Shown here in pieces: positions 16,777 to 26,801 of a stretch of 64,000 nt of DNA; the first letter of the stretch is position 1; the number at the start of each line of letters is the position of its first letter. The stretch is from Patescibacteria group bacterium (lineage in GTDB: Bacteria; Patescibacteriota; Microgenomatia; UBA8517), in NCBI GenBank assembly GCA_038062915.1, contig JBBTWD010000002.1, positions 5,189 to 69,188 of the forward strand, written 5' to 3'. Under the pieces are notes generated by a model that saw nothing but the letters and a program-made list of their open reading frames with translations, was not told the DNA's origin and ran no database searches. The position numbers and the translations under genes are program-made.

Positions 16777-18140
16777 AATTTTGCGTGAAGGTCGAGGATA
16801 ATGTATTTGTCGGTTTTAACTAATGTTTTAAATTTTTTGGCAAAGTTAACTGAATCTATACCTCCTATATCAAGAGAGACATAATAATCTGCACCTTTTT
16901 TAATAATATTTTCTATAGAATCATCAACGGCTGGCCAACCACGTCTTTTAGTTTGATATAAAAATGCCGTATCTCCGTTATATGGGATTATAATTTCAGC
17001 ATCTTTTGGTAATTTTTCATCAACTATCTTGCCCACTTCCATTAACTCTGGATGATTAATTTGATAAAAAGGCTTGATTCTATCCCATCCAATCAAAAAC
17101 ATCACCAAAATTGATGTTAACAATATTATTTTTGATCGTTTCCAAAGTGAAATTGATCCCAGGGCAAGGGTCATGGCAATCATTGGTATTATTAATATTT
17201 GGTAATAATCGTGTCGAACGTTGGCAGTTGCAACCACCGTCAGGTAGGTAATCGCACCAATTACAAAATATAAATTAAATTTATTCTTCAGTTTTATAGT
17301 AAGCCCAAAAACAAATGGAGCAACTCCCCCAGCGCCTAAAATCAAAATTCCAATTCGCTCTCCAAATAACCATCTGAAAAAGGCGGGGTGAAATCTAATT
17401 CTATCCCCATTAAAAGCCCATTTATAAAATGGGATACCTTCAGGAAATTGACTAATCCACAATCTCCAAAAAATAAAGGGGCTAAATACCAAAAAACCAA
17501 ATGCTAAATTTTTTTTGAAATTTTCTTTTTTTAATAATTCAGGTATCAGTGGAAATAAATATACAGCAAAAAATGGCTTTTGAAGAAAAGCTAGTCCAAA
17601 AAGCATTCCTGATAAGAACGTATTAATTCCGAAAAAATAAAGGCCAGAAATAGCAAAAAGTACCCCCAAAGGATCTGGTAAAACTACTCTGGTAAAATAA
17701 ATGTTAAAAGGCAAAAACATATAAAAAAAGGAGACAACTAACCCGACCTTAACTGAATAATGTTTTTTTCCTAATAAAAATAAAAAGAGACCTGTGATGG
17801 TTGATATAAATGCAGTCAATATCCTACCCCATTTTTCTAGACTGAATCTGCCAAACAAGTTAAAAAGGGACGCATGAACTGCGTTATAAATAGGGAGTTC
17901 TACCATCCGATATCCATTTGGGTTAAAAATACCCGTTTGTATACTTGATATATCGTCATATTTGGGACGCAACATATCAATTCCATTTTGAGCAAAGTTT
18001 CGTGACACAGAAGCGGTATCAGCCTGACGCCACGAATGCCAATCTGCAATTGGACTATCTACTTTGTAAAGTCTCACTAAAAAGCCCAAAATTATTATTA
18101 CTGATAATATTATATACTCAAGTCTAAATATTTTGTTCAT
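16773..18140 (-). CDS. GT-C fold membrane glycosyltransferase (PMT/ArnT-like)
   Basis: RLY..DWHSWRQADTA in the first external loop, ELPIY, many TM helices, HDYYQ. Confidence 0.8.
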   Translation of the reverse strand: MNKIFRLEYIILSVIIILGFLVRLYKVDSPIADWHSWRQADTASVSRNFAQNGIDMLRPKYDDISSIQTGIFNPNGYRMVELPIYNAVHASLFNLFGRFSLEKWGRILTAFISTITGLFLFLLGKKHYSVKVGLVVSFFYMFLPFNIYFTRVVLPDPLGVLFAISGLYFFGINTFLSGMLFGLAFLQKPFFAVYLFPLIPELLKKENFKKNLAFGFLVFSPFIFWRLWISQFPEGIPFYKWAFNGDRIRFHPAFFRWLFGERIGILILGAGGVAPFVFGLTIKLKNKFNLYFVIGAITYLTVVATANVRHDYYQILIIPMIAMTLALGSISLWKRSKIILLTSILVMFLIGWDRIKPFYQINHPELMEVGKIVDEKLPKDAEIIIPYNGDTAFLYQTKRRGWPAVDDSIENIIKKGADYYVSLDIGGIDSVNFAKKFKTLVKTDKYIILDLHAKL

Positions 18141-19455
18141 TTAGTTTCTTTTGTATCAAATACACGGACATTCCTATCATAAGCCAAAAGGTTGTAACAA
18201 ATTTTGATGCCTCAAAGACATCAATAAATAACGCATTTAAAAGTGTTCCTAAAATTCCTCCCGCAGTTCCTGTTATAACAGCTTGTTCTATCTTTGAAAA
18301 ACTGCTAATCAAGGGTCTTATTCTAATAAAAAGATGGCCGACTCGTACGATTATTAAAACAAAAGCTGAAAAACCCAATATTCCCACCTCTCCCAAAAGT
18401 CTTAAATAATCATTGTCTGTTGCTAGACTTATAGAAGAATACCCGGTTCCTAGAAGCGGATTTTTCAAAAATGCTCGAATTGCCCTTGGCCACTCTGCAT
18501 TAAGTCTTATTGAGGTTGATCTATCTTCAATGACTGGCGGTTTTTGTGTAGACACCAATAGCTCTTGAGCCTTAACCGTTGGGGTTAAGTAAGAAAAAAT
18601 ATTTCTTAAATTTGAATATCGTCCTAAAAGATTCATGCTCGACCCAAACAAAATAATACTTAAAATAAACACGAAAATGATTTCTTTGTATTTTTTGATA
18701 AAAAAAAGGGCAAATGCGGTTGATAAAAAATAGGATAGAATTGAAATTCTAGATAGTGTTCCAGCTAAAAGCCACAATCCCATTATAACCACAGAACCTA
18801 ATATAATTTTTTGAGTTTTTCCCCCAAGAGTAAAAAAAAGGACTACAAAAGTAGGCAGGATTAACACTAAATAGCTCGCCAAATCATAATGTCCTGCAAA
18901 TGTTGAGCTTAAATGGCTACCAGAAGTCCATTTTAATGCTACACCTTTTGAATATTCTTGATCTTGTGTAATTATAACTGGCCAACCAAAATATCTTTGC
19001 CCGAATCCATAGATAAATGCAACAATAATAACAATTATTAATGACTTAAACAAAAATGACAAAGTATTTTTATAATTTTTATCATCTCTAAAAATTAAGT
19101 AACCCAAGAAGAATGGGATAAAATACTCAATTCTTCGTATAAAATGTAAAAGACTAATGTGGAGCGTTACAGTTCCTGTAACTAAGTTGGCCGAAAGAAG
19201 AGAGATAAAACCAACTGCAAGAAATAAAAATATCGAGTTTACTATATTATTTTTAAAATGAATTTTTAAGTTTGAGACAAATTTAATAAATACATAAATA
19301 GCCACAAGAACAATCAAAAAGTCCTCGACCCTGACAGAAACATATGTCCCAGGGATATGAATAAAGGGAAACTTTGGATAAAGCGGGATAATAATAATTA
19401 AAGCCGCACCTAAATATTTAACAATTTTGTCAAGCAATCCTAAAAGCTTTTGCAT
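18124..19455 (-). CDS. O-antigen ligase / Wzy polymerase-like membrane protein
   Basis: Polytopic; STFAGHYDL, TLSRIS, IRLNAEWPRA..KNPLLGTGY, DNDYLRLLGEVGILG. Confidence 0.8.
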   Translation of the reverse strand: MQKLLGLLDKIVKYLGAALIIIIPLYPKFPFIHIPGTYVSVRVEDFLIVLVAIYVFIKFVSNLKIHFKNNIVNSIFLFLAVGFISLLSANLVTGTVTLHISLLHFIRRIEYFIPFFLGYLIFRDDKNYKNTLSFLFKSLIIVIIVAFIYGFGQRYFGWPVIITQDQEYSKGVALKWTSGSHLSSTFAGHYDLASYLVLILPTFVVLFFTLGGKTQKIILGSVVIMGLWLLAGTLSRISILSYFLSTAFALFFIKKYKEIIFVFILSIILFGSSMNLLGRYSNLRNIFSYLTPTVKAQELLVSTQKPPVIEDRSTSIRLNAEWPRAIRAFLKNPLLGTGYSSISLATDNDYLRLLGEVGILGFSAFVLIIVRVGHLFIRIRPLISSFSKIEQAVITGTAGGILGTLLNALFIDVFEASKFVTTFWLMIGMSVYLIQKKLNEQNI

Positions 19456-20335
19456 AAATTTTTACCGAATCCAACCCCTCGAGAATACCAAAAAGAATAA
19501 TTCTACCCAGTGCTCCCACCTTAAGAAACATTCTCAAAACCGGATATTGCCAACGTGGATAATGTTTGGAATAAAATTTTTTAACTCCTTCGTACTCCTT
19601 AAGTAGGGCAAATTCGCTGGTTTTAGAACTTGCACCTCCCAAATGTGTAATCTTCCATTTAGGTAAATACCAAACCTCATATCCAAGATTTTTTATTCTA
19701 AAACATAAATCGACCTCTTCAACATACATAAAAAAAGTCTCATCCCATCCATTAGTTTGCTTTAAAATTTCTTTTCGAGTTAAAAGATAGGCTCCAGTTA
19801 CCCAATCAAGTTGTTTTTTGGATCCGTAAAAATCAGTCCCTTTTGAAAAAAATGATTTTGAATGAAGTGGGTGGAATGGCTTAATCAGTTTATCCACAAA
19901 TGGAAAGTCTTGAATTATCATCCAAGAAAAAACTCGTAGTAAAGTCGGAAAATATCCACCTGTAGCTTGAAGACTACCATCTTTATTTTTTAACCCACTG
20001 CTTGATACCCCAACCTTTGGGTTTTTCTTCATATGGTCAACCATCTCACCCAAAACATTATCGTGTATCAAGGTATCTGAATTTAAAAACAAGATGTATT
20101 CCCCACTGGAATTTTTGGTACCAATATTATTACCTGTAGCAAAACCTAAATTTTTTGAATTTCTAATTACTTTCGCTCCCAAACTCATAGATATTTTTAC
20201 AGAATCATCGGCTGATGCATTATCAACAACTATAATTTCATAAGTTACACCCTTTGTGTATTTTTTAACTGATTTAATACAAGAAGCTAAAATGCTACTT
20301 GTATTAAAGCTTACAATTACAATTGAGAGATCCAT
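19430..20335 (-). CDS. GT2 glycosyltransferase (WbbL-like)
   Basis: MDLSIVIVSFNT, DNASADDS, NLGFATGNN, FLNSDT, DWVTGA, YVEEVDLC. Confidence 0.9.
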   Translation of the reverse strand: MDLSIVIVSFNTSSILASCIKSVKKYTKGVTYEIIVVDNASADDSVKISMSLGAKVIRNSKNLGFATGNNIGTKNSSGEYILFLNSDTLIHDNVLGEMVDHMKKNPKVGVSSSGLKNKDGSLQATGGYFPTLLRVFSWMIIQDFPFVDKLIKPFHPLHSKSFFSKGTDFYGSKKQLDWVTGAYLLTRKEILKQTNGWDETFFMYVEEVDLCFRIKNLGYEVWYLPKWKITHLGGASSKTSEFALLKEYEGVKKFYSKHYPRWQYPVLRMFLKVGALGRIILFGILEGLDSVKIYAKAFRIA

Positions 20336-20847
20336 TATATCCAAAGTTTCCTTTTTGATGTTTTTACCCATTCATTAATCAAAACCCACATAACAAACAT
20401 TGTGGCAATGCCAATAAAAATCCTGATAAAAATATTAGACCCAACATATTTAATTATGGTTTTTTGCTTGTAACCAACGCCGTTTGCTGTCAGGATTTCT
20501 TTGTCAGGTGTAGGTTCATAACCGTTAATATATAAAGATTCACGCATAGGGTGGACTATTTCTTCTAAAAACGAGCTACTTGTTTGGTCACGGACTAAAG
20601 TTTTTGCCATCTCTGGAGGATAATTAAGGCGTACCCCCCATTTAAACTCTTTAGAATAATGGCTTATAAGCTGGTCACGTGTCACATTTGTATAATAGCC
20701 ACGCCTTAATGGAGTTTCTCTGTCTGCCGGTTGATCCGACGGCATAAAATCCCATAATGCTGTAGGGAACTTGGGTTCTGGGAGTGATAAATAAATCAAA
20801 AAAAGTAGGCTAAATACTATATACAATATACTAAATACATTCTTCAT
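20335..20847 (-). CDS. Hypothetical membrane protein (N- and C-terminal TM helices)
   Basis: 170 aa ORF coupled to both neighbours; RLNYPPE, LEEIVHPMRESLYING. Confidence 0.7.
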   Translation of the reverse strand: MKNVFSILYIVFSLLFLIYLSLPEPKFPTALWDFMPSDQPADRETPLRRGYYTNVTRDQLISHYSKEFKWGVRLNYPPEMAKTLVRDQTSSSFLEEIVHPMRESLYINGYEPTPDKEILTANGVGYKQKTIIKYVGSNIFIRIFIGIATMFVMWVLINEWVKTSKRKLWI

Positions 20848-21401
20848 TGGAATAATCTAGCCCTGCCTAGTTTATATTGAGGATTTTTGTTTGTGCGCTC
20901 ACCAATAATTTTTGCTGGAACCCCTCCGACTATTGCAAAATCGGCAACATCTTTGGTTACAACCGCCCCAGCCGCAATAATTGCCCCGCGGCCAATTTTA
21001 ACCCCAGGCAAAATTGTTACCCTGGGACCTATAAAAACGAAGTCCCCTATTTCGACACTTCCATAGCTAGCAGAAAAATTATCACTGTTAACGTCATGTT
21101 CAGAGTTATAAATCATCACACTTGAAGCTATGTCAACATGACTACCTATGGTGAGTTTTTCTCTACCGTCCAAAAATGCATGGTCACCAATAATAGTATC
21201 TTCGCCTATTTCAATGTTTTCCGGTTGAAAAAAATTAGCCCACATATGAATAGTTGAGCCTTTTCCTATTTTCATCCCAAAAAATCTGTATTTAAATTTG
21301 CGGATGGTATGTGACGGAATATGTCCTACCCATCTTAAATACATAAGCTCTGTGTCAAGCCAATAATTGTATAGACGGTTAATTATTTTTTGTATTAACA
21401 T
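20844..21401 (-). CDS. Hexapeptide-repeat (LbH) sugar O-acetyltransferase
   Basis: IGKGSTI, IGEDTIIG, VEIGDFVFIGPRVTILPGVKIGRGAIIAAGAVVTKDV, GGVPAK. Confidence 0.92.
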   Translation of the reverse strand: MLIQKIINRLYNYWLDTELMYLRWVGHIPSHTIRKFKYRFFGMKIGKGSTIHMWANFFQPENIEIGEDTIIGDHAFLDGREKLTIGSHVDIASSVMIYNSEHDVNSDNFSASYGSVEIGDFVFIGPRVTILPGVKIGRGAIIAAGAVVTKDVADFAIVGGVPAKIIGERTNKNPQYKLGRARLFQ

Positions 21402-22518
21402 TTTTTAAAATATCTAATGTTTGCCTTGCCGTCTTCTCCCAAGAAAACTCTCTGGCCTGCAATACTCCAGCAGCAGATATACCATTATACTTTTTTTTAT
21501 CGGCCGAGAGAACTTCTATTAAACCTTTACCAATACTATCAATACTATTAGGGTCAACTAAAATTCCGGCATTGCCAACCACTTCGGGAAGCGAACCAAC
21601 ATTTGAGACAACTACAGGTACCCCACAAGCCATAGCATATAAGGCATCAAGACCAAACCCTTCCCAAAATGACGGAAGGACAAAAACTTTAGCACCAGCA
21701 ATAAGTGCCGGTTTATCTTTTTCTGGAATAAAGCCTGTTTGTACGGTCCAGGGCCATAAGCCCAATTTTTTGACCTTTGCATAAATTGAATCATAAAGCC
21801 AACCCTTTTTTCCAGCTATTACTAGCCTCAAAGTCGGATAGTTGACCCTAATCTTATCGAATGTATCTATAAGGCCTTCGACATTCTTGCTTGGCTTGAG
21901 TGTGCCCAAATATAAGATATAGTCATCAACTATGGAGTACTTATTTCTAATACGTCGCACATCTTCATCCGAAATATTACTATTAAATCTTTTTGAATCA
22001 TATCCTAGATATGTAACGTAAACTTTCTGTTTGGAGAATGGATAGTGTCGTACAATGTCACTTTTTGTGCTATTTGATATCGTAATAATTCTTTTTGACG
22101 CTAAAATTGAGACAGCACTCCACCATTTCAACTGCCAAAACACTTTTTTCTCAAATTGTTCCGTATATTTGAGGTATCCGAGATCCATAATTGCGCAAAC
22201 TCTAGGCATCGGTGTTATGATCGGCGTATAGTGGCTTGGTGAGAATAAAATGTCTATCTTATCTGGATTTTTAAATAGATATGGCATTAAGTTTTTGATA
22301 ATCCAAAAGTTACTTCCATGAATAATTTTATATTTGAATTTTTGCGTTTCTTTCGGAAGATCAGATAGAGGTTTATCTTTAAGATATACTATAAGACAAT
22401 CTTGGCACTCACCCTTTTCCTGTAGTTTCCTAAGATTACGGATAATTTGAAAGGCATATTCATTTACCCCCACACGCCCCTTAACATTAGCCTCATTTCC
22501 ATCAATTCCAATAACCAT
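21379..22518 (-). CDS. GT4 glycosyltransferase
   Basis: IGIDGNEAN, YLGTLKPSKN, PSFWEGFGL, SLPEV, FSWEKTA. Confidence 0.9.
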   Translation of the reverse strand: MVIGIDGNEANVKGRVGVNEYAFQIIRNLRKLQEKGECQDCLIVYLKDKPLSDLPKETQKFKYKIIHGSNFWIIKNLMPYLFKNPDKIDILFSPSHYTPIITPMPRVCAIMDLGYLKYTEQFEKKVFWQLKWWSAVSILASKRIITISNSTKSDIVRHYPFSKQKVYVTYLGYDSKRFNSNISDEDVRRIRNKYSIVDDYILYLGTLKPSKNVEGLIDTFDKIRVNYPTLRLVIAGKKGWLYDSIYAKVKKLGLWPWTVQTGFIPEKDKPALIAGAKVFVLPSFWEGFGLDALYAMACGVPVVVSNVGSLPEVVGNAGILVDPNSIDSIGKGLIEVLSADKKKYNGISAAGVLQAREFSWEKTARQTLDILKNVNTKNN

Positions 22519-22535
22519 GATCTGATTATATCTCG

Positions 22536-22565
22536 TTGACAGGTTATCTGAAACAAGAATATTAT
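22536..22565 (+). promoter_or_regulatory. sigma70-type promoter for the 77-aa gene (probably leaderless)
   Basis: TTGACA 22536-22541, 18 nt, TATTAT 22560-22565, ATG at 22571. Confidence 0.6.
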
Positions 22566-22570
22566 GTATT

Positions 22571-22804
22571 ATGAATAAGAAGGATAAACAAGATTTCTAT
22601 GATCTTTTCGGAGAAAGTTTTAGAGAGGTAGTTCTTCCTGAACTAGAAAAAATTGATAATAGATTAGATGTGATTGAAAGTGACTTAAAGGGTGTAAAAA
22701 TGACCACTGAATCACTCGATCGGAAATCTGAAGCCCAACAAACAAGGCTTGATAGACACGGAAAAAACATCGAAACCCTCAAACACAAATTCGTCACTGC
22801 TTAG
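22571..22804 (+). CDS. Small coiled-coil hypothetical protein
   Basis: 77 aa with a heptad pattern (LEKIDNRLDVIESDL...RLDRH); fills the gap between two minus-strand GT4 genes and has its own promoter. Confidence 0.7.
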   Translation: MNKKDKQDFYDLFGESFREVVLPELEKIDNRLDVIESDLKGVKMTTESLDRKSEAQQTRLDRHGKNIETLKHKFVTA

Positions 22805-23852
22805 CTTCATTATATACATCCAGAGTCATTTTTGCAGTTTTAGTCCAGGAGAAGTCTTTGACACGAGCAAGACCTTTTTTGATAAGGCCCTTGGGGCCAC
22901 GAAGTGCTTTCTCGATCCCGTCTGCAATTGAATTTATATTATATGGATCAACTAAGATTGCCGCATCTCCTGATACTTCAGGCATGGAAGAAAGGTTGGA
23001 AGTAACCACAGGTACACAGCAATTAAAAGCATCAAGTATTGGAATCCCAAAGCCTTCATAAAGTGAAGGAAATACTAAAACTTGAGATCCTGTTAGTAGG
23101 GCAGATAAATCATTATTTTCAATATGACCCAAAAATCTAACTCCCCGCTCATCTTGAAAACTCGTTCCTTTTTTTTCACCAATAATTATTAATTTTAAAT
23201 TTTTTCCGAATTTTGAAAGATGGTAAGCCTCAATTATTCTTTGTGTATTTTTCCAGGGCTTGGTTCCAATCGAAATTATGTAGTCCTCACGAATTCCATA
23301 TTTTGTTTTTATTCTAACTACATCATCACTTGAAGCTTTTATTAGGTTGGGAGCTTCTGGAATAACTCTTATTATATGTTCAGAAAAACCTAAATCAATC
23401 AAATCGTTTTTAGTACTCTCGCTGGGAACGATTATCTTTTTGGATTCTTTAGCTACCCACTCAAGTCTTTTTTTATGAGTAGATATAATAATAGATGGTG
23501 TAAGCTTTGGGAATTTAATGGGGATAATGTCATGAACTGTTGTAACTTTGATAGCACTAGAGGGTGGCTCAGCCCAATCAGAAGTGTGAACTATATCAAC
23601 TCTTCCTATTAACCTTTCAATGGGTAGAATGTGTAATTTGTTCCAAACAATATCTGCTAGAATTGGGGGGATTGGAAAAATTTTTGTTTGAGGAAAAAAA
23701 TTCAAAACATCACGTTTTCTCCTTAATGATCCAGCATAAAGTACGTATTCGTTTTTACCGTCAATTTGAAGCAAACTCTTAACAAGGTTTTCTCGGTAAT
23801 GAGAAACACCTGTTCCATAAACAATCTGACTAATATCAATCGCAATAATCAT
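22794..23852 (-). CDS. GT4 glycosyltransferase
   Basis: IAIDISQIVYGTGVSHY, TTVHD, FPSLYEGFGIPIL, SSMPEV, FSWTKTA. Confidence 0.9.
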   Translation of the reverse strand: MIIAIDISQIVYGTGVSHYRENLVKSLLQIDGKNEYVLYAGSLRRKRDVLNFFPQTKIFPIPPILADIVWNKLHILPIERLIGRVDIVHTSDWAEPPSSAIKVTTVHDIIPIKFPKLTPSIIISTHKKRLEWVAKESKKIIVPSESTKNDLIDLGFSEHIIRVIPEAPNLIKASSDDVVRIKTKYGIREDYIISIGTKPWKNTQRIIEAYHLSKFGKNLKLIIIGEKKGTSFQDERGVRFLGHIENNDLSALLTGSQVLVFPSLYEGFGIPILDAFNCCVPVVTSNLSSMPEVSGDAAILVDPYNINSIADGIEKALRGPKGLIKKGLARVKDFSWTKTAKMTLDVYNEAKQ

Positions 23853-25195
23853 TTAACTACCATAATTTCTATATTTTCAATTCTTTCTACTGTTTTATAT
23901 TTATCTTCAATATATTTATTAATTTTTGGCATAAAGGAAATAAGTTTGTGACCCTCCACTTCTGATGTTAAATCTCTAATAACTACTCTGGGAGAGTCAC
24001 TAATTACAGCCTCGAGTATTCTATCCTCCACCTCAATCATAAACCAAGGGAACTGAAAAACAAAGATATTACCTGGTGGGAGCCTGTCTGCCAATTGATA
24101 AATATGCGGAAGGGTTCCCAAAGCAAATATCTTTTCATCAGCAGATGATAATCTTTGAATTTCAGCTACAACTTTATTTTCTGAACTACCAAAAAATAAA
24201 ACTCTATCTCCCATATTTCCCCTATAGAATTGAGTTAAAAGAAATATTGAAGTTAAAGCATAAACAGCTATCAACATTTTCAAGTACTTCTTTTTGATAA
24301 GCCGATTAATTGAAATAGCACTCAAAAGTGCAACAAATGGCAAGCTTGGCTGAAGATGAATAAAATCAAATCTTGCATAAATAGAAGCCATGGACCCCAT
24401 TAAAAATATACCAATCAAAATTACATCATTCCTATACTTACCGCTAAAGAGAGAAAAAATGGCAAATCCATAGACTCCAATCACGCGAACCCACTGGCTA
24501 AAAATTCCAAACTTCCTACCCATCTCGGCAAATGTAGTTAGATTAAATGTAATTGTCCAAAATATAAAGTCTTTCCAAACCCCCAAGTTAGTTATATATA
24601 AAGACAAAAAAGTCACAGGTAAAATCACCCCAAACCCAAAAATAACTAACGACCTAAACTTTTTCTCTTTAAATAAAATGTAAATTCCAACTAAAACAAT
24701 TAGAGGCAATATTATTTGTTTAAATAAAAGTGCTAACCCTAAGAAAAATCCTGACCAAAAAACCCTCTTTACTTTAAAGAGGTAAAGCGAAGTAAGTGTA
24801 AAAATAGGTAAAAAGGAATCAATCCAGAGTACCCAGCCTTCAAAATATGGTTGCCAGGTCAGGAAAAAGAGATTGGGGATAAATAACCAGCTTTGCTGTA
24901 AAGATTTGAGATTGGATTTAAAAATTTGTTTTCCGACTAGAAATAAAAGGATGTGGATAATGGCTACAGTTCCATACTGCCAAAGTCTTGCAGATCCCGG
25001 CGTATTCATTCCTAGGCTACCCAAATTAATAGGGAAAAACATAAGCCCCTGGAAATGCTGATCTAATATATCCCTATAGGGAACAAGGCCATGGTTGGTT
25101 AAATAGGGATAAACAAAAAGCTCAGGATAAGGAAGAAAATTAAGTTTACTTAAAATTAAAACATTAGCCAAAATTATTAATATTAAAAAAATCAT
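23849..25195 (-). CDS. GT-C fold membrane glycosyltransferase-like protein
   Basis: YPEL..PY..GLVPYRDILDQH loop, about 10 TM helices, LALLFKQ; ATGA-coupled start at 25195. Confidence 0.7.
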   Translation of the reverse strand: MIFLILIILANVLILSKLNFLPYPELFVYPYLTNHGLVPYRDILDQHFQGLMFFPINLGSLGMNTPGSARLWQYGTVAIIHILLFLVGKQIFKSNLKSLQQSWLFIPNLFFLTWQPYFEGWVLWIDSFLPIFTLTSLYLFKVKRVFWSGFFLGLALLFKQIILPLIVLVGIYILFKEKKFRSLVIFGFGVILPVTFLSLYITNLGVWKDFIFWTITFNLTTFAEMGRKFGIFSQWVRVIGVYGFAIFSLFSGKYRNDVILIGIFLMGSMASIYARFDFIHLQPSLPFVALLSAISINRLIKKKYLKMLIAVYALTSIFLLTQFYRGNMGDRVLFFGSSENKVVAEIQRLSSADEKIFALGTLPHIYQLADRLPPGNIFVFQFPWFMIEVEDRILEAVISDSPRVVIRDLTSEVEGHKLISFMPKINKYIEDKYKTVERIENIEIMVVK

Positions 25196-25893
25196 ATTTG
25201 CCTCTCCCACTTTTTAACCCAGATTTCGAGATAATAAATAGCCATAAGATATGAAAGTACAAAACCTCTCCAACCATCAAGAAATCCAAGCCTATAGAAA
25301 TATCTAACCAAAAAATGGTAAATAGGGTTTTCGTTTTTTGTTTCCAAGCTTGAATATTTATTCATCATTGTTAAAAATTCTGAAACAGTATCGTATTGGT
25401 AATGAATTTTGGGATTTTTTAATTTTCCTATCTTTCCACGAACCTCAAGCTCTTCATGAACTTCCCCCACCCATTTCCCCATTCCTTTTTTCCAAAGCCA
25501 AACATGTCTATCTAATTCCGGTTGCCAACGAGTATATTTAATAAATTTCCCAAAAATAATATTTTTCCTAGGTATAGAATATGCGCTATATATAGTACTT
25601 TTAGTGACTTCCTCTATCTCGGGTGCAAGTTCCTGCGTTATTTCTTCATCACCGTCTATTGATAAAATCCAATCTCCACCGGTTTTTTCTAAGGCAAAAT
25701 TTTTCTGATTGGCATAATTATCGAACTTTCGAAAAAAAACTCGCGCGCCAAATTTTTTAGCGATTTTAACAGTTTCATCAGTGCTTCCCGAGTCAATCAC
25801 TATAATTTCATCTGCAATATTTTTTACAGATTCTAAACATTTAGTTAAGTTTTTTTCTTCGTTTAAGGTAATTATTGTAACTGAGAGTTTCAT
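25192..25893 (-). CDS. GT2 glycosyltransferase (LgtF/KdtX-like)
   Basis: LSVTIITLNEE, IDSGSTD, QKNFAL, WILSIDGDE, VHE, GFLDGWRG. Confidence 0.9.
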   Translation of the reverse strand: MKLSVTIITLNEEKNLTKCLESVKNIADEIIVIDSGSTDETVKIAKKFGARVFFRKFDNYANQKNFALEKTGGDWILSIDGDEEITQELAPEIEEVTKSTIYSAYSIPRKNIIFGKFIKYTRWQPELDRHVWLWKKGMGKWVGEVHEELEVRGKIGKLKNPKIHYQYDTVSEFLTMMNKYSSLETKNENPIYHFLVRYFYRLGFLDGWRGFVLSYLMAIYYLEIWVKKWERQI

Positions 25894-26774
25894 ATTAAGC
25901 TTTTAAATAATTCCTCATATTTTATTCTAATTTTATCCCAAGAAAAATTTTCTGCCTGACCTCTTGGCTTGTCACTCCAATTAATTTTCAAAGCTTTTCT
26001 AATAGCTTCCGAAAGTTCTTTTGGATTTTTCGGACTATCGACAAAGATTCCGGCATCTGCCACTATCTCGCGCCGGATTGGATCGTCAGTTGTAACCACA
26101 GGAAGATTGGATGCCATTGCTTCCAGAAATACCAAACCAAACGCTTCCCAGGGATGTGGCACAAAACAAAACACATCTGCCTTTTTATAAATTTCAGGCA
26201 TTTTATTAAATGAGGTTTCAATTGGATTTCCTTTCCCAACAGCTAGAAATTCGGCATCTGGGATGAATTCAACAGCCTCTTTGACTAGTTCAATTCGTTT
26301 ACTTGGAGTGTTTGCTCCAACAAAAAGAATTATATTTTTACCACCCGAAAGGGGGGAACGCTTTGGTTTTGTCTTAGCTGGTGTAAACCTCTTAATGTCC
26401 ACCGCATGTGGAATCATAACTACTTTTGTCCAAGGTAATTTGAATTTTTCAGCCCACTGTTTTTGATATGTCGAAAATGCGACAAAAACATCAGGGGAAC
26501 ATAATAAATTCCATTTGTCATCAGCTCCAAGACCCGAATGACCAAAAACCACCATCGGCTTACCTTTAACCCATGTTACTAAACGACATAGAAAGACCTG
26601 CCAGTGGCCATTAGTTGGAATAACTACATCAAAATTAGTCCAGTATTTTAATGAGTCCCAAAATTTAGTAAATATCTCTACTTCACTATTCAAATTATTT
26701 TTTACTTCTTCCGCCCAGGTTTCAGCTCCCCTGTTATTAATTCCACTATAAAAACTTAGAATTGCTATTTTCAT
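25890..26774 (-). CDS. GT4 glycosyltransferase (compact)
   Basis: RGAETW, IPHAVD, EAFGLVFLEAMASNLPVV, FSWD. Confidence 0.88.
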   Translation of the reverse strand: MKIAILSFYSGINNRGAETWAEEVKNNLNSEVEIFTKFWDSLKYWTNFDVVIPTNGHWQVFLCRLVTWVKGKPMVVFGHSGLGADDKWNLLCSPDVFVAFSTYQKQWAEKFKLPWTKVVMIPHAVDIKRFTPAKTKPKRSPLSGGKNIILFVGANTPSKRIELVKEAVEFIPDAEFLAVGKGNPIETSFNKMPEIYKKADVFCFVPHPWEAFGLVFLEAMASNLPVVTTDDPIRREIVADAGIFVDSPKNPKELSEAIRKALKINWSDKPRGQAENFSWDKIRIKYEELFKSLI

Positions 26775-26798
26775 GATATTCTAACAAGCTCTGCTTAT
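26770..26798. repeat. 29-bp element upstream of a GT4 start, copy 1
   Basis: TTCATGATATTCTAACAAGCTCTGCTTAT; 28/29 identical to 53444-53472. Confidence 0.85.
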
Positions 26799-26801
26799 AT
26801 A

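Noticed and set aside
21741-21760. Odd peptide WPWTVQT in GT4 21379 (ACGGTCCAGGGCC) as another inserted element
   Set aside because: It replaces rather than adds residues, forms no convincing hairpin, and I saw no second copy.
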